Shown: positions 28,557 through 39,455, numbered from the stretch's first letter. The stretch is DNA of 64,000 nt from an uncultured Desulfosarcina sp. (GCA_963674945.2 CAXXWQ010000003.1:416001-480000), one strand, 5' to 3'. Notes: generated by a model from the sequence alone, not told the origin. A program made the numbers and translations.

Positions 28557-29363
28557 CTACTTGTTTCCTCCCATGGCCCGTTCGATGATGCGGTTGTACT
28601 CGGCGCAGTACTCGGGCCTTTCTTCCTGTATGAAGATGCCCCGCTCGATCAGCTCCGGATTTTCCTGTTTCTTCTTCGAACCGACGGGAACCGTCATCTC
28701 CTTCATTTGCTTCATCATCTGTACCGCACTGCCCTGCTTGTTCTTTCGACCGAAATAGGTGGGACACTGGGTCATCACCTCCAGCACCGAAAATCCTTCG
28801 TGAAGAACGGCATCGCGGATCAAATCTGCCATCTGCTGGACATGGTAGGTGGTTGTGCGGGCGACGAAGGTGGCCCCGGCCGCCTTGGCCATCTCCACCA
28901 CGTCGAAGCCCTGGTCGATGTTTGAATAGGGCGCCGTGGTGGCCATCATTCCCGGTCCGGTGAGGGGTGAGAACTGTCCGCCGGTCATTCCGTAAATGCG
29001 GTTGTTCATCACGATTGCCGTGATGTCGATGTTTCTCCGGGCCGCGTGAATAAAGTGGTTGCCGCCGATGGAGAGCGCGTCGCCGTCTCCCATGGGGACG
29101 ATCACGTTCAGTTCCGGCTGGCTCAGCTTCACCCCCGTAGCAAAGGCAAGGGCACGGCCGTGGATGGTGTGAAGGGTGTGAAAGTCCACATAGCCGGAGA
29201 TGCGCGAAGAGCAGCCGATGCCCGATACCATCACGATTTCGTTGCGGCTCAGACCCAGTTTCTCAACGGCCCGGATCATGGCGTTGAGCACGATCCCGTG
29301 GCCGCATCCGGCACACCACATGTGAGGAAAAAACCGCTGGCGGATGTAATCCTGTACGGCCAT
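28557..29363 (-). CDS. korB: 2-oxoacid:ferredoxin oxidoreductase beta subunit
   Basis: WCAGCG, GDGD...NN TPP motif. Confidence 0.92.
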   Translation of the reverse strand: MAVQDYIRQRFFPHMWCAGCGHGIVLNAMIRAVEKLGLSRNEIVMVSGIGCSSRISGYVDFHTLHTIHGRALAFATGVKLSQPELNVIVPMGDGDALSIGGNHFIHAARRNIDITAIVMNNRIYGMTGGQFSPLTGPGMMATTAPYSNIDQGFDVVEMAKAAGATFVARTTTYHVQQMADLIRDAVLHEGFSVLEVMTQCPTYFGRKNKQGSAVQMMKQMKEMTVPVGSKKKQENPELIERGIFIQEERPEYCAEYNRIIERAMGGNK

Positions 29364-29364
29364 C

Positions 29365-30513
29365 TTACACCCCCCTTCCCTTGATCAGGCGCAGTATCTG
29401 TTTAATGTCCGTGGGCGAGATGAAAACCCCGTCGATACGGTTGGCCAGAAACACCCGCTCCGGATTTTTCACGGTCGTCTTGACCATCTGGCAGACCTGA
29501 CCCATGTTCATCTCCACCACCACCGTGTAATGGGCATCGTCGCAATATTTCCGCACGATGTCCGCCGGAAAGGGCCAGAGGGTTTGCAGTTCCAGAAGAC
29601 CGATCTTCTCTCCCCGGGTCCGCAGGCTCTGGGCGATGTGCAGGGCGCTGCGGGCCGCCGACCCGAAAGAGACCAGCACCGTATCCGCATCCTCTATGTG
29701 ATAGGTCTTGTAGTGGGCCATCAGGTTGGCCCTGTTTTCGATCTTGTCCACCAGGTGACGCAAAAGCCCGTGGACGACCTTGGGATTGTCCGAGGGAAAT
29801 CCCCACATGTCGTGAACCAGTCCGGTCACGTTGTATCGGTGAACCCCGCCGAAATCGCTCATGGGCAACCGGCCGTCCTCCCGCGGCAGATAGGGATGGT
29901 AGTCCACTCCTTCACGAACGGATGTCCGAAGGCGCTCCACCAAAGGGATTTCCCCCGGCTCGGGAATCTCCAGCCGTTCACGCATGTGCCCCACCACCTC
30001 GTCGAAGAGAAGAATCACCGGCGTCCGATAGGTTTCTGCAATATTGAAGGCCTCGACGGTCATGGCGAAGACGTCCTGGTGATTGGAAGCCGTCAGGGTC
30101 ACGATGCTGTGATCACCGTGGGTGCCCCACCTGGCCTGCATCACGTCCCCCTGGCTCACGTGGGTGGGAACGCCCGTGGACGGCCCGCCCCGTTGTACGT
30201 TGACGATCACGCAGGGAATTTCGGCCATCACCGCATACCCCAGCGCCTCCTGTTTCAGGGAAAATCCGGGACCCGAGGTGGCGGTGAGCACCTTGTGCCC
30301 CGTCAGGGAAGCCCCGATGATGGCGCACATGGAGGCGATCTCGTCTTCCATCTGGATAAACTTGCCCCCCCTGGCCGGCAGCCTTTTGGCCAAATGCTCC
30401 GCAATCTCCGTGGATGGCGTGATGGGATAACCGGCGAAAAAATCGAGACCGGCGTAAAGGGCTCCTTCCACACATGCTTCGTTGCCCTGGATAAATTTGA
30501 TCTGCTTTGTCAT
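29365..30513 (-). CDS. korA: 2-oxoacid:ferredoxin oxidoreductase alpha subunit
   Basis: GYPITP, QMEDE, TATSGPG, QRGGPSTG. Confidence 0.92.
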   Translation of the reverse strand: MTKQIKFIQGNEACVEGALYAGLDFFAGYPITPSTEIAEHLAKRLPARGGKFIQMEDEIASMCAIIGASLTGHKVLTATSGPGFSLKQEALGYAVMAEIPCVIVNVQRGGPSTGVPTHVSQGDVMQARWGTHGDHSIVTLTASNHQDVFAMTVEAFNIAETYRTPVILLFDEVVGHMRERLEIPEPGEIPLVERLRTSVREGVDYHPYLPREDGRLPMSDFGGVHRYNVTGLVHDMWGFPSDNPKVVHGLLRHLVDKIENRANLMAHYKTYHIEDADTVLVSFGSAARSALHIAQSLRTRGEKIGLLELQTLWPFPADIVRKYCDDAHYTVVVEMNMGQVCQMVKTTVKNPERVFLANRIDGVFISPTDIKQILRLIKGRGV

Positions 30514-30539
30514 TTGTCGCCTACCAATCGGGGTTTTGA

Positions 30540-30788
30540 TTATCCTTGGTCCTCATCCTTGACTTCTTTTTCCCCTTCCGTCCGCTCTTCTGTCACCACT
30601 TCGATGGCCAGATCCGGACACCGAAGTTCACACATCCGACAAGCGATGCAATCTTCCAGTCGCACGGCGACGGCCTTGTCCTGTCTATCCAGCTCGAGTA
30701 CGTTCTTTGGACAAAATTCCACACATATCCCGCACCCCTTGCACCACTCTCGATTGATCCGGTGTTCCTTGAGCTTTGTCTTGGCCAT
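30540..30788 (-). CDS. korD: 2x[4Fe-4S] ferredoxin, delta subunit
   Basis: CKGCGICVEFCP and CIACRMCELRCP; start re-called at 30788. Confidence 0.9.
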   Translation of the reverse strand: MAKTKLKEHRINREWCKGCGICVEFCPKNVLELDRQDKAVAVRLEDCIACRMCELRCPDLAIEVVTEERTEGEKEVKDEDQG

Positions 30789-31111
30789 GATGCTCCCTCG
30801 CCATGATGCTTCCAAAAAGTTATCCAGGCCATATGCGGCCAAACGGTCATACAAAAAAATTGTTTTGCCGCTGGCAAAGATGGGGAAACGTTTTTAATGG
30901 AAATCTTTTTATGTGAACGATGGTATGATGCTACAACCATTTTCCATGAAATTACAAGCCTGTCTGAAAATTTAAGGGGATAAATGGCAAAATCTGCAGG
31001 ACGGTGGGGGGTGACAACGCCCCCTCGAAGGGGGCTAAAATCCAGACGATCGAATGTCTCGCCGGACCGGTCCGAATCTGTACTGGTCGCTGAGGCAGAG
31101 CCCGAGGTTTA

Positions 31112-31256
31112 ACTAGACATCCGAAAATGGCCAATCTGCCCGATATCGGCGTTGCACGAAAAATTATATCCCCGGAATATCAACCATATGCCTCCGGTAA
31201 AATTTTTCGTGCGCCTTGATCTCGACCAATTTTCCTATTTTTGGATAGACACTAAC
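31112..31256. repeat. about 150-bp MITE-like repeat, copy 2
   Basis: See 22604-22757. Confidence 0.7.
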
Positions 31257-31261
31257 TGCAA

Positions 31262-31666
31262 CTACCCCGCCTGCACCTGAATTCGCCGGGGCTGGGCCTT
31301 TTCCACCTTGGGCAGCGTAAGACGCAAGACGCCGTCGTTGAGCTTTGCATCGATCCTGTCCTGGGCGATCACCTCGGAAAGGGAAAACTGACGGTAGTAC
31401 CGCCCGCTTTCATATTCCGTATGAACACGCTCACCCGGCGTCGAAAGGTCGGCGCGAACTTCGCCCGTCAGGGTCAGTATGTCATCGCGCAAATCCACAT
31501 TCAGGTCTTCGGCATCCACACCGGGCATGTCCACCAGCAAGGTGATTGCCTGCTCGCTTTCGAAAATATCGACGCTGGGGGTAAACACGAGTCCGGGTTT
31601 GGTTTGCTCGGCCGGTGTCGACAGAGCCTGTTTTTCCCTCACCTTCAGTTCTTTCGTATCCGACAT
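31262..31666 (-). CDS. Hsp20 small heat-shock protein
   Basis: PSVDIFE...DMPGV...DGVLRLTLPK. Confidence 0.92.
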   Translation of the reverse strand: MSDTKELKVREKQALSTPAEQTKPGLVFTPSVDIFESEQAITLLVDMPGVDAEDLNVDLRDDILTLTGEVRADLSTPGERVHTEYESGRYYRQFSLSEVIAQDRIDAKLNDGVLRLTLPKVEKAQPRRIQVQAG

Positions 31667-31692
31667 GGTCGTGCCCTCCTTTCTCTGGCCGA

Positions 31693-32151
31693 CTATTGAA
31701 TGGAAATCTGTTTTGGCTTTGCCCTCTCTGCCTTGGGTACGGTAACGGTAAGCACACCGCTGACCAACTTGGCCTTGGTGTTCTCCGCATCGATGTCACC
31801 CGGCAGTGCAATGGCCCGCGAGAACTTTCCGGCCTCCCTCTCCCGGCGATGATACCGCACATCCGCCGCTTCTTTCGATATTTTCCGTTCGCCGGCAATG
31901 GTGATCTGGTTTGCGGTCACATTGAGATCCAGGTCCGGTGATTGCACGCCTGGAAGTTCCGCGCTGATGTAGTAGGCGTTCGAGTCCTCGGTAATGTTGA
32001 CAGCCGGATACACACCGGCGCTTTCTTGCTCTGCCCCACGATCGCCATACTGTTCCATCAACCGTTCCATTCGACGCCGCATGTTGGCCATCTCATCCAG
32101 GGGGGGGCGAAAACGACGATTGGGGGAACCGAAAAGAGTCCTGTAAATCAT
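31693..32151 (-). CDS. Hsp20 small heat-shock protein
   Basis: YPAVNI...ELPGV...GVLTVTVPK; start re-called after GGGAGG. Confidence 0.92.
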   Translation of the reverse strand: MIYRTLFGSPNRRFRPPLDEMANMRRRMERLMEQYGDRGAEQESAGVYPAVNITEDSNAYYISAELPGVQSPDLDLNVTANQITIAGERKISKEAADVRYHRREREAGKFSRAIALPGDIDAENTKAKLVSGVLTVTVPKAERAKPKQISIQ

Positions 32152-32327
32152 GTCCAAACCTCCCGTTTTTTTAATCATTGCATTGAAGATGATGATTGCT
32201 GCCCGCTCTTTTACCGAAACAGTATGAATGGATTTTGCATTGTCAACATTCTACAAATCGTTTTTCCTTGCATTATTTTTTTCCACATACAATAAAAGAT
32301 AATATACCAAATGATTCGCGAGCGGAG

Positions 32328-32966
32328 ATGTCCATGGATAGGAATAATACGAAAAAGCAGTCGGGTTCACTGATGCTCATAACGAGTTCCGGTCTTCGCG
32401 GAAGGCAATCCGTACGGGCCACTTTCAAGCTGTCATCGAGTTGTATCGATGCGATCAGTATCGTTGCCGCGCAATTGGGCATAAAGCAAAAGTCCCTGTT
32501 CGACCACCTGGCCCAAGATAGCGACTTTCTCAACACCATTGCAAGAGAGGTGCAAAACGCACGCATCCCACCGGAAAACAGGGTACAAAAAACCTACGTG
32601 ATCAGCAGAAGTTCCCTTACTTTGTTGGATGAAATTTCCAAGGCCTTCAATGCGCCCCGCGACGCGCTGGTGGAGTATTCGGTTCGCCGCCTATTGCCCG
32701 TGATCGACAGGGAACAAAAAAAGTATGAACTGCGCAAAACCGCATACGAAAAAATCGAAAATCACCTGGAAAACGGGTTGCGCCTGCTGAGTGAAACCAT
32801 CGAGCAGTTGAGTGAGGATGATCCGGTTGTGATCAAACTGGCCTCGGCACTGGACAATTACGCCTCGGCCAGGGATACAATCGCTACCTTTTTGAAACGA
32901 ACCCAGGGAATCGAAGATTTCGATCCGGATGACCTCAACCGGTTCGAAGTTCAGTTTGACCGGTAG
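32328..32966 (+). CDS. hypothetical protein, possible tandem ribbon-helix-helix
   Basis: VRATFKLSSSCIDAI...QKSLFDHL and VQKTYVISRSSLTLL...RDALVEYSV. Confidence 0.6.
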   Translation: MSMDRNNTKKQSGSLMLITSSGLRGRQSVRATFKLSSSCIDAISIVAAQLGIKQKSLFDHLAQDSDFLNTIAREVQNARIPPENRVQKTYVISRSSLTLLDEISKAFNAPRDALVEYSVRRLLPVIDREQKKYELRKTAYEKIENHLENGLRLLSETIEQLSEDDPVVIKLASALDNYASARDTIATFLKRTQGIEDFDPDDLNRFEVQFDR

Positions 32967-33037
32967 TGGCTTGGTGTGGCATAGTCGTAAACGGCAATAT
33001 TCAGTTCAAAAGGCTGATATCTCTGCCGTGGTATTGC

Positions 33038-33157
33038 TACAAGAATCCAGAAGTCATACGAGAATCCAGCATTCAGAATCGGTTATTCGCCTTTCGACAG
33101 AGCGAAGCGACATCAAATTTATTCTGGCTCCTCGATTCTGGCTTCCGGCTCCTGTGG
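33038..33157 (-). repeat. heptad palindromic repeat, copy 2
   Basis: Reverse complement CCACAGGAGCCGGAAGCCAGAAT...GATGTCGCTTCGCTC. Confidence 0.7.
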
Positions 33158-33270
33158 TAGCATGTATTCGCAATGCATTCCCCTTATAAAAAAGCCTAAA
33201 CCGGGCTATCTGTGCCCAGATTTTTACTTGTTTGCCGTTTTCACTTCCCCTTTTCCAGGAGATTGATCCC

Positions 33271-35760
33271 ATGGCCAAGATACTTACTCAGGAGAAAGAC
33301 GATGGAAGGGCGGATGCAAACATCGCCGGTTCGTTGAAGGATCAGATCAAGCGGCACATCCGGTTCACCATGGGAAGGGATCCGGAAAAGCCGAATCGCC
33401 ATGCCTGCTTCATGGGATTGGCCCACAGCGTTCGCGACCGTCTCATCGACCGCTGGATCCAAACACAGCGTTCCCATTACAACACCCTTGCCAAGCGCGT
33501 CTATTTTCTTTCCCTCGAATTTCTGCCGGGCCGGCTTTTGAAAAATTACCTGACAAACCTGCAGATGCAGGACGAGGCCCGGAAAGCGGTCCTGGAGCTG
33601 GGGTTTGATCTGGATGAACTGGAAGAGGAAGAGTGGGATGTCGGGCTGGGAAACGGCGGATTGGGGCGCCTTGCCTCGTGCTACATGGACTCTTTGGCCT
33701 GCCTGCATTTCCCCGGCTATGGATACGGCATCCGATACAATTACGGCATCTTCTTCCAGACCATCGAAAACGGATGGCAGCGGGAACAATGCGACAACTG
33801 GGCCCGCCGGGGAACCCCTTGGGAGATTCGCCGTGGTGAGTACCTCATCCCGGTACAATTTTACGGCCACACGGAACCCTACACCGATGCCGCTGGAAGA
33901 AAATGCTACCGCTGGGTGGGCGGCGAGACGGTCATGGCCATGGCATGCGATATTCTCGTTCCCGATGTAGGAGGCGATTTCGTTACCAACATGAGACTGT
34001 GGCAGGCCCAGAGCAGCAGGGAATTCAACCTGGATGAATTCAATCAGGGAGACTACATCGGTGCCGTCGAGGCAAAAGTGCTCAGCGAAAACATCTCCGG
34101 CGTTCTCTACCCCAGCGACGAGATGGAACAGGGACGGGAACTGCGGTTGAAGCAGCAATATTTCTTCGTGGCGGCGACCCTTGCCGACATCCTTCGCCGC
34201 TTTAAGAAACTCGACCGACCCTTTTCGGATCTTCCCGATTTCGTGGCCATTCAGCTCAACGACACGCATCCTTCCATTGCCATACCGGAGCTGATGCGTA
34301 TTCTCGTCGACATCGAAGGACTGCAGTGGGACAATGCATGGTCGGTGTGTCAACAAACATTTGCATATACCAATCACACCGTACTTCCCGAAGCATTGGA
34401 AACATGGCCCGTTGATCTCGTACGCAATCTTTTGCCCCGTCACATGGAGATCATCTTCGAAATCAATCGCCGTTTTCTGGACGATGTTCGTCTTCGATGC
34501 AAAGACGACACTTCTTTGCAAGAACGCGTCTCCTTGCTGGCGGAAGGCAATCAGAAGCGAATCCGCATGGCAAACCTTGCCATCGTGGGAAGCCATACCG
34601 TAAACGGCGTGGCCGAGCTTCACAGCAACATTCTCAAAAAAACACTATTCAAAGACTTCCACAACCTCTTTCCCCAACGCTTCACAAACGTCACCAACGG
34701 TGTCACACCGCGCCAATGGCTGGCCCAGGCCAATCCGACCCTTTCGGGCTTGATCACCGAAGTCATCGGCCCGGATTGGATCACCGACTTGCAGCAATTA
34801 CAGAATCTGGAATCATTTGCCGATGATGCCGATTTTCGCCGGCGGTGGTTCGAGGCCAGGCGAGACAACAAAAAACGGCTGGCGCGCTATATCCAAAAAA
34901 AAGTCGGAATGGGCGTGGATCCGAAAACCTTGTTTTCCGTCCAGGTCAAGCGGATCCATGAGTATAAGCGTCAACTTTTAAACGCGCTCTTCATCATTAC
35001 CTTGTATCACCGAATCAAGGCCGATCCCACCATCTCCATGGTACCTCGAACGGTGATCTTCGCCGGGAAGGCGGCACCTGCCTATCACCGTGCCAAACTG
35101 ATCATCAAGCTCATCAACGCGATCGCCGAAAAGACAAACAATGATCCCGATGTGCGGGAGAAATTGCGCGTCCTTTTCCTTCCCAATTACTGCGTCTCCC
35201 AGGCCGAAAAAATCGTCCCCGCCGCGGATCTGTCCGAACAGATCTCCACGGCCGGCATGGAGGCCTCGGGGACCGGTAACATGAAGATGTCACTCAACGG
35301 TGCACTGACCATCGGCACACTCGATGGTGCCAATGTCGAAATCATGGAGCAGGTAGGTCGTGAGAATATCTTCATCTTCGGTCTGACGGCCGACGAGGTG
35401 GTCTCCCTGCGAAGAAGCGGTTACGATCCGCGTTCCTATTACGATAGGGACGGTGAACTGCGATTGACATTGGATAGCATCAGCAGGGGAGACTTTTCGC
35501 CGGAGGATCCATATCTTTTCTCACCCATCATCGAGTCGCTGCTTCATCAAGGCGACTTCTACATGGTGCTGGCCGATTTCAGGCCGTATATAGAGGCGCA
35601 GCAGGCGGTCTCCGCCCTGTTTCTGGACAGGGAGGCCTGGTCCCGAAAATCGATCCTCAACACGGCCCGAATGGGAAAATTTTCCAGTGATCGATCGGTC
35701 ATGGAGTATGCAAAAAATATTTGGCACCTTACGCCTTCGGAAACGATCAAAAGCCGATAA
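33271..35760 (+). CDS. glgP: glycogen phosphorylase
   Basis: LGNGGLGRLA, QLNDTHP, KRIHEYKRQ, EASGTGNMK. Confidence 0.97.
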   Translation: MAKILTQEKDDGRADANIAGSLKDQIKRHIRFTMGRDPEKPNRHACFMGLAHSVRDRLIDRWIQTQRSHYNTLAKRVYFLSLEFLPGRLLKNYLTNLQMQDEARKAVLELGFDLDELEEEEWDVGLGNGGLGRLASCYMDSLACLHFPGYGYGIRYNYGIFFQTIENGWQREQCDNWARRGTPWEIRRGEYLIPVQFYGHTEPYTDAAGRKCYRWVGGETVMAMACDILVPDVGGDFVTNMRLWQAQSSREFNLDEFNQGDYIGAVEAKVLSENISGVLYPSDEMEQGRELRLKQQYFFVAATLADILRRFKKLDRPFSDLPDFVAIQLNDTHPSIAIPELMRILVDIEGLQWDNAWSVCQQTFAYTNHTVLPEALETWPVDLVRNLLPRHMEIIFEINRRFLDDVRLRCKDDTSLQERVSLLAEGNQKRIRMANLAIVGSHTVNGVAELHSNILKKTLFKDFHNLFPQRFTNVTNGVTPRQWLAQANPTLSGLITEVIGPDWITDLQQLQNLESFADDADFRRRWFEARRDNKKRLARYIQKKVGMGVDPKTLFSVQVKRIHEYKRQLLNALFIITLYHRIKADPTISMVPRTVIFAGKAAPAYHRAKLIIKLINAIAEKTNNDPDVREKLRVLFLPNYCVSQAEKIVPAADLSEQISTAGMEASGTGNMKMSLNGALTIGTLDGANVEIMEQVGRENIFIFGLTADEVVSLRRSGYDPRSYYDRDGELRLTLDSISRGDFSPEDPYLFSPIIESLLHQGDFYMVLADFRPYIEAQQAVSALFLDREAWSRKSILNTARMGKFSSDRSVMEYAKNIWHLTPSETIKSR

Positions 35761-35925
35761 AGCGTAACCTTACTTCCTGATGATACATTCCCCTTTTGCC
35801 TTTTACCGTCTGTCTATGGTAGGGATGATCCGCGTCGACAACAAAGATTCCCGTCTGCTTGCGATGGAAGGTAGAGGGAAAGTGGCAGGCATGGGGACAT
35901 ATCATGGGATCGAGGTGTCATCTTT

Positions 35926-37227
35926 ATGTTTCGAAAAAAAACGCGTATGTCATCGGGTGTCAGCCAGCTGGATCGACAGCTGGGTGGATTGTACATTGGA
36001 GACAACGTCGTCTGGTATGACGACGCCGGAAGCCTGGCATCGATCTTCAGCCTCAATTTCATCCAGGAATCCCTGAACCGAGAAAAACCCCTCATCTACA
36101 TCTCTTTCGACCGTTCGCCCAAGACCCTCATCGAAAATTTGGGGCCCCTTGCCGAAAGCCAGTACCTGTCCATTTTGGACTGTTTTACTCACGGAAAAGG
36201 CGATGGCAGCGAGGTATTTAGCAAATTCTATGAAAAGGACGGGGCCCATTGGCCCTTTCAGATCGTCCGGATCAACGATGCGGCCAATCCGGATGTTGTG
36301 GCAGACGCCATTTATCGTCTCCATGCAACCATGAAGGGGGACGTTCGGTTCGTATTCGACTCCCTTACCGGAATGCAGGAGCTGTGGGGCGGGGAAGAGG
36401 CCATCTTGAAGTTTTACTCCCGTGCCTGTCCCCGATTGTATGAACTGGACACGATCGCATACTGGATCATGGAGAAAGGGGCGCACTCCGAACGGCTTCG
36501 GGCCAGTATCAACCAGATCGCCCAGGTGGCCATCGAATTGTCCATCAGCCGTGGCAAGTCGGCCCTGACCATTTTAAAGGCGGACAAGCGAAAGCCGGAC
36601 GCCTTGAATGTTCCACTGATCTACTGGAACGAAGGCATGGATGTGGCCTTTGAAATGGAGACGGGCAAGGGAGGCAACATCGATATCGGGGGTCGGGTGA
36701 AACAGATCCGCAACCGTCAGGGAATGTCCCAGAAGAATCTGGCGGCCTCGGTGGGTGTTTCCCCCAGCACCATATCCCAGATCGAAAGCGGTACCATCTA
36801 CCCATCGATACCGGCAATCTGTAAAATCGCCAATGTGCTGAATGTGGATGTGGCCGGCTTCTTCAAAGGGCAGACAGAGGTTGCCGAACGCCTGGTTTTT
36901 TCCGGGGGTGGCATCCCCACCAGCCTATCCGACCTTCCCCGACAGGACGTGAATGGCTATCGCCTTTCGCCCCCCGATTTCGATGCCGCTGCACAACCGT
37001 ACATCATCGAAATTCCGGCCGGCAGAAAGCTTGCCTCCCATTTCTTCGTCCACAAGGGAGAAGAGATGGGCTATGTGCTCAGCGGAAGTCTGGAGTTGAA
37101 GGTGGGCAATCGCCTGCACCGGGCTGACGAAGGGGACGTGGTCTACCTGGTATCGGACCTGCCTTCCCAGTGGAAAAATATCGGTGGAAAGATGGCCAGG
37201 TTGCTCTGGATCAAAATAAAGAAGTAA
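35926..37227 (+). CDS. degenerate RecA/KaiC-like domain + XRE HTH + cupin regulator
   Basis: SSGVSQLD..LGGL; MSQKNLAASVGVSPSTISQIESG; HKGEEMGYVLSG. Confidence 0.8.
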   Translation: MFRKKTRMSSGVSQLDRQLGGLYIGDNVVWYDDAGSLASIFSLNFIQESLNREKPLIYISFDRSPKTLIENLGPLAESQYLSILDCFTHGKGDGSEVFSKFYEKDGAHWPFQIVRINDAANPDVVADAIYRLHATMKGDVRFVFDSLTGMQELWGGEEAILKFYSRACPRLYELDTIAYWIMEKGAHSERLRASINQIAQVAIELSISRGKSALTILKADKRKPDALNVPLIYWNEGMDVAFEMETGKGGNIDIGGRVKQIRNRQGMSQKNLAASVGVSPSTISQIESGTIYPSIPAICKIANVLNVDVAGFFKGQTEVAERLVFSGGGIPTSLSDLPRQDVNGYRLSPPDFDAAAQPYIIEIPAGRKLASHFFVHKGEEMGYVLSGSLELKVGNRLHRADEGDVVYLVSDLPSQWKNIGGKMARLLWIKIKK

Positions 37228-37296
37228 AAATCCGGGTACAGAGTGCCCGTATTTGGACTATCCTTGGAAAGGAAGATGCACTGCGATCACTGAAAA

Positions 37297-37419
37297 CCAC
37301 AGGAGTCAGAAGCCAGAATTCAGGAGCCAGAATGAATCTGATGTCGCTTCGCTCCATCGATCTCATAATATGGATCGAGACCTGATTCTGGATTCTGACT
37401 CCTGGATTCTTGTATTCTA
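37297..37419 (+). repeat. heptad palindromic repeat, copy 3
   Basis: CCACAGGAGTCAGAAGCCAGAATTCAGGAGCCAGAATGAATCTGAT...ATTCTGGATTCTGACTCCTGG. Confidence 0.75.
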
Positions 37420-37525
37420 CGTACTTTTTAAAACGCTTTTCCCTCTTTTCCGTCTATCGGCAAAAAAAATAATAACGAGTTTCTTTTATGCGATTGTTTG
37501 GCCATAAATAGCCTGGAAAAGCTTT

Positions 37526-39187
37526 TTATGAGTTGAGTATCTTTCTGGCACTCTCGTCATTTGCATCGGCCATGTGGCGGATTCCTGTCTCTCTTGCCGT
37601 TTCCCGGTTGCCGGCAAAAATGTCGTCCCGGGTCAGTTGGGTGACGGAGAACTTTCGGGAGCCGGCAAGAAGTTGCTGCATGCCGCAGTAAAGTTTGTCG
37701 GCCAGGGTGTAAAAGGCGATCGCCCCATAGGGAATGCGCTTCATTTCGTCCTTGCCCACGATCTTTTCTACGTCGAAGTAGCAGGCAAAGATCTCCTTGG
37801 CCGTGGAGCCCACTTCGAGGACCGATTTGGGCAGCTCGTTCCAATTCCCGTTCAGGTCTCCCCGCTTTTCCGGAAAGAGCGCACCTTCGATGTTGGTCCC
37901 CACGAAGCCGGGAATCATGATGCCGCGGCCCATGCAGATCAACTTGGTAAACGGTGCACCCAGGGCCAGCCCCTTGTATATGCTGTCTTCCAGGGCAAAT
38001 CCGCCGGCAAAGGACATATCCACGACCTTGAGTCCCTTTGCCGCAAGGATACTGGCGTACTCGTACGCCTTGCTGTGCAGGGTGATGGAGGGCACACCCC
38101 AGCTTTGCATCATGTTCCACGGACTCATACCTGTTCCGCCACCCGAACCGTCGATGGTGAGCAGGTCCAGTCCCGCATCGGTGGCGAACTTGATTGCCAT
38201 GGCCAGCTCTTCCATGCCGTAAGATCCGGTTTTCAGGGTAATGCGGGAAAAGCCGATGCTTCGCAGGTATTCCACGCTGCTCATGAAATCCTCTCGCACC
38301 TGGCCCACGGATTTCAGATTGGTAGCGCCCAGGCGGCTGTGGCGGGCGAAGGATTTGATGGAACCGTTCTCAAACGCCTCTTGCACTTCGGGGATGGTGG
38401 GATCCGGATCGACCACGTAGCCCCGCTCTTTGAGGAAAATCGCATAGTCGAGACTCGTCACCTGGATCTCGCCGCCGATGTCTTTGGCGCCCTGGCCCCA
38501 TTTTAGTTCGATGATCACCTTGTCGCCGTATTTGTCGGCCACAAATTCGGCCACACCGTTTCTCGTGTCTTCCACGTTGAGTTGGACGATGATGGCGCCG
38601 TAACCGTTGTAATAACGGAAATAGCTCTCGATGCGCCTCTCCAGTTCGGGAGCCTTCTTGATCTTTCCTTTGCGCTCGGGGCCCGTGGCGATTTCCGATT
38701 CCCGATCCACACCGACCACATTCTCGCCGATGACAACGGGAATCCCGATCAGAGCACCGCCGATGGCAAAAGAGTCCCAATACTTCGCGGCGATAAAGGT
38801 GGACCCCAGGGCGCCGGTCATGAGCGGTATGCGTGACTTGGTTTTCACTTTGTTGCCGAATTCTGTCTCCAGCGTGACGTTGGGAAAAATACAATCGTCG
38901 GCATTGTCGGTCAATCCGCCGGCCATGCCCTGGGCACCGTATGCATATCCCTGGATACGAAGAGAATTATAGGAAACCCCGACGTGGGTCGTGTTGTCGG
39001 CGCCGGCGGTAACAAATCCGAAGCTCCTGGGGTAGAGCAGTTTGCGTCCCACAAGGCTGGAAAGCCAGGTCTCGCATTTGCCCGTACAGTCGGCGCGGCA
39101 CAGGGTGCACAGGCTGGATTCGGTTGGATTGCCACGGTTAGCGGTTCCCAGGGCATCATTTTTCTTGGAAAATCTCATCGATAGCAT
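37526..39187 (-). CDS. FMN-binding glutamate synthase family protein (GltB domain 2-like)
   Basis: ELKWGQGAK, TIDGSGGGTGMSP, N-terminal Cys cluster. Confidence 0.85.
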   Translation of the reverse strand: MLSMRFSKKNDALGTANRGNPTESSLCTLCRADCTGKCETWLSSLVGRKLLYPRSFGFVTAGADNTTHVGVSYNSLRIQGYAYGAQGMAGGLTDNADDCIFPNVTLETEFGNKVKTKSRIPLMTGALGSTFIAAKYWDSFAIGGALIGIPVVIGENVVGVDRESEIATGPERKGKIKKAPELERRIESYFRYYNGYGAIIVQLNVEDTRNGVAEFVADKYGDKVIIELKWGQGAKDIGGEIQVTSLDYAIFLKERGYVVDPDPTIPEVQEAFENGSIKSFARHSRLGATNLKSVGQVREDFMSSVEYLRSIGFSRITLKTGSYGMEELAMAIKFATDAGLDLLTIDGSGGGTGMSPWNMMQSWGVPSITLHSKAYEYASILAAKGLKVVDMSFAGGFALEDSIYKGLALGAPFTKLICMGRGIMIPGFVGTNIEGALFPEKRGDLNGNWNELPKSVLEVGSTAKEIFACYFDVEKIVGKDEMKRIPYGAIAFYTLADKLYCGMQQLLAGSRKFSVTQLTRDDIFAGNRETARETGIRHMADANDESARKILNS

Positions 39188-39257
39188 GGTTCGGCTTCCT
39201 TTCTTCGTGTAGTTGATGTTCCGTTTCCGGCGGTACGTACGATTCTTTTTCCTTTAC

Positions 39258-39455
39258 AAAAAAACAAAACGGCGCCGCATCGGTGGGCTGTTGCCGACCG
39301 ATGCCAGACGCCGTTGTCTACGAGTCCGGTTACCCCAATACCCCTTTTCCCACGAACCGTGCGCCAATCGTTTGCTAATAACCCGAACTGACGAAAGATC
39401 GTGGGAAAGGCGTACGTCTGTTAACCGTCCAACCGCCGCTCACGCCGTTGTGAGC
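39258..39455 (-). promoter_or_regulatory. ANTAR-type antitermination leader (two AACGGC hexaloop hairpins + terminator)
   Basis: GCTCAC-AACGGC-GTGAGC (39455-39438) and AGAC-AACGGC-GTCT (39319-39306); the second overlaps a terminator ending GCCGTT-TTGTTTTTTT. Confidence 0.8.
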
